A stretch of 64,000 bases of DNA from a virus (Duplodnaviria; Caudoviricetes). Shown one piece after another: positions 57,543-64,000 of the stretch. Location of the stretch: the IMG/VR virus record IMGVR_UViG_3300003937_000325; one strand, given 5' to 3'. The notes beneath the pieces are model-generated. The model made no database searches. It was given only the letters and a program-made list of their open reading frames with translations, and had not been told where the DNA came from. Numbering within the stretch: position 1 is the first letter of the stretch; each line of letters opens with the position of its first letter. A program made the position numbers and the translations under genes.

Positions 57543-59147
57543 ATGAAAAAAATACTATTTTTATTAATCTTCCTAAACACATTTTTAGTAAAAGGTCAAT
57601 GTGACATTTCAATTAATGACTTTAATTTTACCACAGGAGAATTAGTGGTGGAAGTCATTAACTCAGAAAACTGTGGATGTAATGACCTCACCGATGTTGA
57701 AACCACCTGTAATACTTCAAGTAGTGGTTCTATTCAAAATAATGAAACAATAAGTCATATTGTTTTAGGTTTACACTTAGATGGTTTTGATTACCAATGG
57801 ACTGATTGCGTCAGTGGTAATAACCATCCAGGGTGGACCTTTAAAAGTAAAAGTTTTTTTGGTAATTCTGTTTTAGAAACAGGCGACACATGGAGTACTA
57901 ACATCTATGATTTTTATGGCTCCACCAATGACTGCTGGTCCGATATTTTATCAAATAATGAAGAGTGTGTTGAATTAGTCATTTGGCAAATTAACCTATC
58001 TCAAACTTCTGAAGTTGCAGATGGAGGATGGGCAGTTAATCCTAATGTGGCTAATCAAACTCAAAATTATCCTGATTTTAATTTATTAGACAATGTGGTT
58101 ACTATGTGTCCTGTGGTTTTCCCTGGTTGTACCGACCCTTTCGCACTAAACTATAATGAGGACGCAACAGAGGATGACGGTACTTGTGTTTTTTCAATAG
58201 GTCCCGACCCAATCATAATTGATGTTACTATTTCTGAAGAAGAATGTGAAGTATTTGATGCGGGTATTTTATCATCATTCGTTTATGAAGCAACTTTAGT
58301 AAACATAGGGACTGAAGCGGTTACAAATTTTTGCCTTAGTGATTTTTTAGGTACCACTTTTAATTGTTTTAATGGGGTTTCTAATTTAGCAGTCTGGATT
58401 CAACCTGGAGATACGATTACCGTGAGTGGTACGATTAATGGAGCGGGTACATGGATATCAGGACAAGGTAATTACTTTACAATTACGAGTGTACCTAATG
58501 AAATTATTACTGGTAATAATAACTTTGTATTTAATATGGTAACCGGTGTTGATTGTGAACTACCTCCACCCCCATGTGATACTATATACGTAACTGAAAC
58601 AGAATTCTTAACTGACACTATCTACGTAACTGAAACAGAATTCTTAACTGACACTATCTACGTAACTGAAACAGAATTCTTAACTGACACCCTTTATATA
58701 ACACAAACCCTTACGGATACAGTAGAAGTCTTGGTGGATAATTACATTTATGAAACTGATACACTAACAGTTATTGAAACTCAGTTAATTGATTGTGAAA
58801 CTGGAGAAGAATGTGTTGACCCACCAGGATTAAGTGAATGTTGGCCTTGGACAGTTTATATCCCAAATACGTTCACCCCAAATAATGACGGAATTAATGA
58901 TATATGGCAAATTATATATGATTTAGATTGTTGGGTTGACGTGGAGTTTAAAATTTTTAATAGGTGGGGGTCTCAAATATATTATGGATTTGTTGAGGAT
59001 TTTGAAACTTACCCGTATTGGGATGGGAGTATAAATGGTGGAGATTATTATGTTTCAGATGGGGTATATCTTTACACTTTTTATGGTCGTAAAAGTGATT
59101 CACCTGAGATTTTAGAGGAGTCTGGATATATAACAATATTTAGGTAA
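57543..59147 (+). CDS. Secreted protein with type B T9SS C-terminal domain (gliding-motility-associated CTD / CHU_C)
   Basis: Signal peptide; GCTDPFALNYNEDATEDDGTC repeat; C-terminal IPNTFTPNNDGIND.W...IFNRWG...WDG...GVY...GYITIFR. Confidence 0.85.
   Translation: MKKILFLLIFLNTFLVKGQCDISINDFNFTTGELVVEVINSENCGCNDLTDVETTCNTSSSGSIQNNETISHIVLGLHLDGFDYQWTDCVSGNNHPGWTFKSKSFFGNSVLETGDTWSTNIYDFYGSTNDCWSDILSNNEECVELVIWQINLSQTSEVADGGWAVNPNVANQTQNYPDFNLLDNVVTMCPVVFPGCTDPFALNYNEDATEDDGTCVFSIGPDPIIIDVTISEEECEVFDAGILSSFVYEATLVNIGTEAVTNFCLSDFLGTTFNCFNGVSNLAVWIQPGDTITVSGTINGAGTWISGQGNYFTITSVPNEIITGNNNFVFNMVTGVDCELPPPPCDTIYVTETEFLTDTIYVTETEFLTDTIYVTETEFLTDTLYITQTLTDTVEVLVDNYIYETDTLTVIETQLIDCETGEECVDPPGLSECWPWTVYIPNTFTPNNDGINDIWQIIYDLDCWVDVEFKIFNRWGSQIYYGFVEDFETYPYWDGSINGGDYYVSDGVYLYTFYGRKSDSPEILEESGYITIFR
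58578..58691 (+). repeat. Three tandem 36-bp coding repeats (DTIYVTETEFLT) plus a partial copy
   Basis: GA[TC]ACTAT[AC]TACGTAACTGAAACAGAATTCTTAACT x3; copies 2 and 3 identical. Confidence 0.95.
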
Positions 59148-59148
59148 T

Positions 59149-59568
59149 ATGAAAACATTACTAATCCCATTACTTCTCTTTATACCATTTAACTCTATTT
59201 CCCAATGTCAACAATATGTGTTTTCAACTGTTCCTGCAACGGAATGGTCCACATGGACATATGTCAATTGTGAAACATTAGATACTAACACATTTAGTAT
59301 ACCATGTTGTCAATACACTTTACCTCGTTGTGCAATCATAGGTTCACCAACTTTAATCGAAGGTGACGGGTTCCATGCCCTAATGGTTAATCCTGTAGGG
59401 GAACCTTGGGAAGATTGTGAACAATACAATGAGGAACCATGTGTTGGTGACATTGATGGTGACGGAATCATCACTGTTTTGGATTTATTATTATACCTTT
59501 CAGAACCGTATGTAGGTATAGGTGATTTAGAAGGTATTATTCAGAATTTTGGAAATCAATGTGATTAA
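59149..59568 (+). CDS. Secreted Cys-rich protein with C-terminal dockerin/EF-hand-like motif
   Basis: Signal peptide; CVGDIDGDGIITVLDLL...DL..IIQNFGNQC. Confidence 0.7.
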   Translation: MKTLLIPLLLFIPFNSISQCQQYVFSTVPATEWSTWTYVNCETLDTNTFSIPCCQYTLPRCAIIGSPTLIEGDGFHALMVNPVGEPWEDCEQYNEEPCVGDIDGDGIITVLDLLLYLSEPYVGIGDLEGIIQNFGNQCD

Positions 59569-59626
59569 TTTAAAATATTAATTTACTGATAAGTTTTTTT
59601 ATCTTATATTATTACAAATTAATAAT

Positions 59627-60013
59627 ATGAGATTAGCACTTATTGCCCATGACGGTAAAAAATCAGATATGGTAGCGTTTGTCATGAAACGTTTAAAATT
59701 CTTTAACAACAACAACGTATCATTAGTAACCACAGGTACAACAGGTAAAAAAATTACACACGCAGGTATCGATAAAGTTGAAGCAGTAAACAGTGGTCCT
59801 TTAGGTGGTGATGCTGAAATTGGGGCTATGGTTACTCGTGGAGAAATAGACGGTGTAATATTCTTTAGGGACCCGTTAGATAAACATCCACACGATGTAG
59901 ATATTTCAATGTTAATGAGGTTATGTGATGTTCATAATATACCGTTAGCCACCAATTATAAGAGTGGACATATAATGGTTAAATATTTTGATTCTAAGTT
60001 GAATGTGAATTAA
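59627..60013 (+). CDS. mgsA: Methylglyoxal synthase
   Basis: LIAHDGKK, TTGTTG, SGPLGGD, FFRDPL..HPHDVD...L.RLCDV.NIPLATN. Confidence 0.95.
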   Translation: MRLALIAHDGKKSDMVAFVMKRLKFFNNNNVSLVTTGTTGKKITHAGIDKVEAVNSGPLGGDAEIGAMVTRGEIDGVIFFRDPLDKHPHDVDISMLMRLCDVHNIPLATNYKSGHIMVKYFDSKLNVN

Positions 60014-60036
60014 ATTTTTATTATAATTAAAACGTT

Positions 60037-60418
60037 ATGAACACTAAAAACAAAAAACATCTTATAGTTATTGGTCACCCCGACCACAAATCACGAATTA
60101 GAAAATGGTGGTGAAACGTATAAAATAATTGATGTCTATGAAGATAAATTACATAGAAACAAAGAAGAGCTGATTAAAGAATATCAAAGTTTAGTTACGT
60201 GGTCAACTCACATTTATTTTATATCTCCCGTTTGGTGGTTTAGAATGGTACCTAAAATGGAAACCTTTTTTGATGAGGTTTTTACACCTGGATTTGCCTA
60301 TAAATTTGTACCTTTATTTGGTATGTACGCATACCCAAAACCATTTCTTAGTGATAAAAAAGTTAGAACATATATCACACATGGGGCACCGATGTTAAAA
60401 AACGTAAGAAATATTTAG
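60037..60418 (+). pseudogene. Disrupted NAD(P)H-dependent oxidoreductase (Flavodoxin_2 / MdaB-KefF-like)
   Basis: Frame 1 MNTKNKKHLIVIGHPDHKS runs to TGA at 60112-60114; a second frame carries IIDVY...FISPVWWF..P..F.DEVFTPGFAY...THGAP and stops early. Confidence 0.75.
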
Positions 60419-60455
60419 AAATAGTTAAAAAAGACATTAAAAGAGATTTAAGAAA

Positions 60456-60596
60456 ATGAAAAATTTGAAAAAGGTATTTAACCGACAAGGTAAAACTGAG
60501 TCACAGATGAAAGCAAGTTATCTTGGAGCGTTTGTAGGTTTTGTGGGTATGTTAGTATTGGGGGTAATTTATTTATTAATGAAATTATTAACTTAA
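60456..60596 (+). CDS. Small membrane protein (46 aa), not in the ORF track
   Basis: MKNLKKVFNRQGKTESQMKASYLGAFVGFVGMLVLGVIYLLMKLLT, one TM helix. Confidence 0.55.
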   Translation: MKNLKKVFNRQGKTESQMKASYLGAFVGFVGMLVLGVIYLLMKLLT

Positions 60597-60598
60597 GT

Positions 60599-61138
60599 AT
60601 GACAAAAATAATTAATTTGTTTGGTGGACCCTGTTCAGGAAAGTCTACGATATCATCTGGTTTATTTTACGAACTTAAACGAAGAGATATAAGTTGTGAT
60701 AACCCTTATGAGTTTCCTAAGCAAGTTGCTTGGGAAAAAAATGATTCTCAAATAAATGACCAACTATTCATATTTGCTAATCAACATAGAGGTATAGTAC
60801 GTTCTTACGGTAAAGTAGATTATATAATTGTGGACTCACCTATTTTACTTTCTTTAGCGTATAAAAATGGATATGAAAGTGGTTATCCATCAACATTATA
60901 TAATGACACTTTTGATAAAATGGTTTTAGACGTATTCAACAAGTATGAAAATATAAATATTTTTTTAGACCGACCTGATAATTTTCAAGATGAAGGTAGA
61001 TTACAAAACCATAAAGAGTCTTTAGATTTTGACAATAAAATAAAATCAATAATGGATAAAAACGAAATAAGTTATAGAACATTAAAAGTTAATGATAAAA
61101 CTATAGAATATATACTAACATTTACATTAGGGTTATAA
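60599..61138 (+). CDS. NadR/AAA_28-like P-loop kinase
   Basis: INLFGGPCSGKST P-loop, IVDSPIL, FQDEGR.Q...ES...D. Confidence 0.8.
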   Translation: MTKIINLFGGPCSGKSTISSGLFYELKRRDISCDNPYEFPKQVAWEKNDSQINDQLFIFANQHRGIVRSYGKVDYIIVDSPILLSLAYKNGYESGYPSTLYNDTFDKMVLDVFNKYENINIFLDRPDNFQDEGRLQNHKESLDFDNKIKSIMDKNEISYRTLKVNDKTIEYILTFTLGL

Positions 61139-61153
61139 TAATAAAATAATATT

Positions 61154-61321
61154 ATGGAACATAGAAGATTATACGAAATTAAAATAGAAACTCTTGAAAA
61201 AGAAAATGAATCCTTAAAAAAAGAACTTGAAAAACAAGAATTAATTAAGGAGGGATATAAAGAAGAAATTTCTAAATGGAATAAAAAATATAAAGATTTA
61301 CGAAAACAAATAACAGGATAA
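61154..61321 (+). CDS. Small coiled-coil protein (55 aa), not in the ORF track
   Basis: MEHRRLYEIKIETLEKENESLKKELEKQ..., hand translated, fills the gap. Confidence 0.6.
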   Translation: MEHRRLYEIKIETLEKENESLKKELEKQELIKEGYKEEISKWNKKYKDLRKQITG

Positions 61322-61324
61322 GAT

Positions 61325-61567
61325 ATGGGATTTCACAAAAGATGGATTACTGAAGAGGTATTAGTTGATAGGTTTAGAAAAGGGGGTATCTCCGAGATTG
61401 AGTCATATTTAGGACATGCTGACGCATTTGTAACAAACGATAAACTATCAAGTGAAGTTATCGATTTATTTAATACGCCACATTTAGATAATATTGAAAG
61501 ATGGGATTTAATTTCTAATTTAATCTCAATTAGAACCATAGAAATTGATATGAAAGATTTTAAATAA
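61325..61567 (+). CDS. Hypothetical protein (80 aa)
   Basis: Clean ATG ORF in operon. Confidence 0.6.
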   Translation: MGFHKRWITEEVLVDRFRKGGISEIESYLGHADAFVTNDKLSSEVIDLFNTPHLDNIERWDLISNLISIRTIEIDMKDFK

Positions 61568-61619
61568 TGTTTTATTAATTAAACATTATTAACTATATTT
61601 GTTTAAATAAATAAACATT

Positions 61620-62123
61620 ATGAATATATTTGTATTAGATTGGGACGTAAAAAAATGTGCAGAATATCATAACGACAAACATGTTGTTAAAATGATTTTA
61701 GAAACCGCTCAACTTCTTTGTGGGGTACACCATATTGTTAACAAAGACAATACTGACATCCCTTATAAATTATCACATAAAAACCATCCATGTTCTATAT
61801 GGGCACGTGAAAGTCTAACTAATTATCTATGGTTATGTGAGTTAGGTTTAGAACTTTGTAAGGAATATACCTACCGGTACGGTAAACGTCATAAGTCTTT
61901 AGATGTTATAGAATGGTGTGTTGTGAATAAACCTAATATTCTTGATAAAGATTTAACAGAACCCGCTAAGGCGATGCCTGAAAAATATAAAGTTAAATCT
62001 GTTGTTGAATCTTATAGAAACTATTATCTTGGTGATAAAGCTTACTTTTCTAAATGGAAAAATAGAGAAACTCCTGAGTGGTTTAATCAGGGAGTAGAGA
62101 GTAAACTTTCCCTAGTTTCTTAA
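61620..62123 (+). CDS. Pyrimidine-dimer DNA glycosylase-like protein (T4 endonuclease V family)
   Basis: MNIFVLD...CAEYHNDKHVVKMILETAQLL, HKNHPC.IW.RES..NY.WL, EYTYRYGKRHKS. Confidence 0.85.
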   Translation: MNIFVLDWDVKKCAEYHNDKHVVKMILETAQLLCGVHHIVNKDNTDIPYKLSHKNHPCSIWARESLTNYLWLCELGLELCKEYTYRYGKRHKSLDVIEWCVVNKPNILDKDLTEPAKAMPEKYKVKSVVESYRNYYLGDKAYFSKWKNRETPEWFNQGVESKLSLVS

Positions 62124-63144
62124 TTAGTTTTTTTGATGTGGTTTTTAAATATTTTTCTATATCAGTATAGAATTTCATAACATTATTTTCATACTTATCA
62201 AACCCTTTTTGGTATTTATCAAATTGTTTAGCCTTATCTCCCATAAAACCTATCTCAGCTTCTAAATCGTTATCAACTAATGAGTCACCATAATTTTGTC
62301 GTCTATTGTTAGAGGCACTTATGTACGCAATACGTAACACTAAATTAACTTTTTCATCGTCACTCAAATTATTTAAGTCTGTACCAATATCAACTTGACT
62401 TAATAGTTCATCTACAGAATCCATATTTGAGTATATTTCCTTTACCATTTCATCCACACTAAATCTCATTGATTCCATAACTATAAAGTATTCTTTTTTA
62501 AGGAAATCTAAAAATCCAGACTTACCAATACCTTTAGTTTTTAATTTGGCATAAAGTTCTGTTGGTCTTACAGAATTTTCTATCTCATCTAAATAATATA
62601 AATCATAGAACATTCTTTGTATCGCACTTATTGGGAAGTCAAACATCTCAGTATTTGCTTGGTACTCTGAAACTTTTTCAACATTAGTATACGGTGTTTT
62701 TAAATCGTCAAACTCATGTTTTAATTCGTGAGATAGGGCACTTACTGTTTGTACTTTTGATTTATTTATTGAATCTATCACATCTTTTACCGACCAATCT
62801 TCAGGTACTGGTTTATCTATAGATAATATAACCTTACCATTTTTATTAACTTTCATCAAAACATAATCACTACCTACCTTACCTATAGTATTTTTTCTAT
62901 AAACCATCATATTAGCCTCACCATACTTATCACTATCAGGTCTGAGTGTTAAATCTATTTCCACATCATTTATTTCTTCATCTCCAATCATGTAAGGTTC
63001 AACGGGTTTAAAATTAACTTTATATTCGGTTTGACCGTCTTTTATCATAGGGGTAACCTTTGACTTAAAATCGTTATATAATTTTTCGCCAGCATCTACA
63101 ATACCTTTTGGAACCCCAACCGCTTCGTTTAATTTTATACTCAT
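62083..63144 (-). CDS. Zincin-like (HExxH) protein, candidate internal head protein
   Basis: MSIKLNEAVG start; ALSHELKHEFD...YY...E; TATTTATA at 63182-63189. Confidence 0.65.
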   Translation of the reverse strand: MSIKLNEAVGVPKGIVDAGEKLYNDFKSKVTPMIKDGQTEYKVNFKPVEPYMIGDEEINDVEIDLTLRPDSDKYGEANMMVYRKNTIGKVGSDYVLMKVNKNGKVILSIDKPVPEDWSVKDVIDSINKSKVQTVSALSHELKHEFDDLKTPYTNVEKVSEYQANTEMFDFPISAIQRMFYDLYYLDEIENSVRPTELYAKLKTKGIGKSGFLDFLKKEYFIVMESMRFSVDEMVKEIYSNMDSVDELLSQVDIGTDLNNLSDDEKVNLVLRIAYISASNNRRQNYGDSLVDNDLEAEIGFMGDKAKQFDKYQKGFDKYENNVMKFYTDIEKYLKTTSKKLIKKLGKVYSLLPD

Positions 63145-63216
63145 ACTTTTCTATTTGGCATTTTTTACTTACCTTTGTTACTATAAATATAACGTTAAAA
63201 CTAAAATTAAAAAAAT

Positions 63217-63888
63217 ATGGATTACGGAAAAGATTTTCAAAAATACGCAATGAGCGACCATAACGTGTCGTCACTAACAATGCACCATTATCAAAAAGAA
63301 CTACAAGGTTCAATGACCCCCTACATTTTAGAGGAGAGAGAGATGAGAGCAACTCAATTAGATATATTCTCAAGATTAATGAGAGACAGACTATTATGGG
63401 TCGCAGGTACAGTAAATGATGCAATGTCAACAGTAGTACAAGCTCAACTAATGTATTTAGATTCTGTAGATAATATGGATATTACGATGCACATCGATTC
63501 ACCAGGTGGTTCAGTAAAATCAGGACTATCTATGGTAGATGTTATGCACTATATAAAATCAGATATCGTAACAGTTAACACGGGTATGGCAGCATCGATG
63601 GGTTCTATTCTTTTAGGTGCGGGAACTAAAGGTAAACGTTCATCTTTAAGATTCTCAAGAACTATGTTACACCAATCATCAGGAGGTGCGGTTGGTAATA
63701 TACAAGATGCAGAAATCACTATGAGAGAATGGACTAAGTTAAATGACACTTTGTTTAACTTATTAGGTGAATTTTGCGATAAAGATGCCGAGGTAGTAAA
63801 ACAAGACGCATCTCGTGATTTATGGTTATCTGCTGAAGATGCTTTAGAGTATGGAATTATAGATGAAATCATAAAGACTAAAAAATAA
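63217..63888 (+). CDS. clpP: ATP-dependent Clp protease proteolytic subunit
   Basis: LDIFSRLMRDR, IDSPGGSV, TGMAASMG (Ser), MLHQ (His), RDLWLSAEDA.EYGIID (Asp). Confidence 0.96.
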   Translation: MDYGKDFQKYAMSDHNVSSLTMHHYQKELQGSMTPYILEEREMRATQLDIFSRLMRDRLLWVAGTVNDAMSTVVQAQLMYLDSVDNMDITMHIDSPGGSVKSGLSMVDVMHYIKSDIVTVNTGMAASMGSILLGAGTKGKRSSLRFSRTMLHQSSGGAVGNIQDAEITMREWTKLNDTLFNLLGEFCDKDAEVVKQDASRDLWLSAEDALEYGIIDEIIKTKK

Positions 63889-63901
63889 CAATTTAGTGGT
63901 A

Positions 63902-63931
63902 AAAACCCTCACATTTGTGGGGGTTTTATTT
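63902..63931 (+). terminator. Intrinsic terminator after clpP
   Basis: AAAACCCTCAC-attt-GTGGGGGTTTT stem with T-tract. Confidence 0.65.
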
Positions 63932-64000
63932 ACTTTAGTATATTATACTTAGATATTTGTTATAATATGGGAAAAACTAAAGTAAATCTTAAAAGACATC

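Noticed and set aside
58578-58691. 36-bp repeats as a CRISPR array (length fits type II repeats)
   Set aside because: No spacers, in-frame coding repeat, no cas genes in the window.
465-63872. Many tracked ORFs antisense to or overlapping long genes (e.g. 465-809, 4231-4491, 7261-7551, 8077-8628, 11815-12189, 18265-19098, 29236-29589, 63549-63872)
   Set aside because: Shadow frames of acidic or low-complexity genes; Ser/Ile/Phe-rich, no motifs, no suitable leaders.
1-64000. Alternative genetic code (stop-codon reassignment)
   Set aside because: Capsid, portal, terminase and Clp genes are full length in code 11; TAA, TAG and TGA all appear as stops; no suppressor anticodon among the canonical tRNAs.
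1-64000. Prophage boundary, integrase or transposon
   Set aside because: No recombinase or transposase motifs and no switch to host-like gene content; tRNAs are in a phage-type array.
63967-64000. ORF starting at the right edge (MGKTKVNLKRH...)
   Set aside because: Only 11 codons visible; cannot be characterised from this window.

Overview
AT-rich (about 30% GC by eye) 64 kb segment of a large T4-like phage that very likely infects Bacteroidetes (Flavobacteriia-like). Host evidence: TTTG-N18-19-TAnnTTTG promoters, A-rich leaders without Shine-Dalgarno sites, a Flavobacterium-type bS21, a DUF4494 protein and a type IX secretion C-terminal domain. Bases 1-20 kb hold the head module on the minus strand (TerL, portal, prohead protease, scaffold, major capsid protein) with rpsU on the opposite strand. 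Bases 20-29 kb carry a proteostasis block (N-terminally truncated ClpC, a UVR-motif protein behind a sigma-54-like promoter, M28-type peptidase, tmRNA); ClpP lies at the right end. Bases 29-54 kb mix putative virion-internal proteins with accessory genes (glycosyltransferases, 2OG-Fe(II) oxygenases, CysC, amidase, glucosaminidase, nuclease). Bases 54-56.5 kb hold a tRNA array (6 canonical tRNAs plus tRNA-derived and other structured elements). The best candidate for an undescribed system is directly upstream of that array: promoter, 23-codon leader ORF rich in the codons the array decodes, mutually exclusive antiterminator/terminator hairpins, then a boxA element, i.e. a putative attenuator that senses host tRNA shortage. 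All product calls come from motif recognition by eye; no database search or folding program was run, and several start codons were moved from the supplied ORF track to the more plausible ATG.
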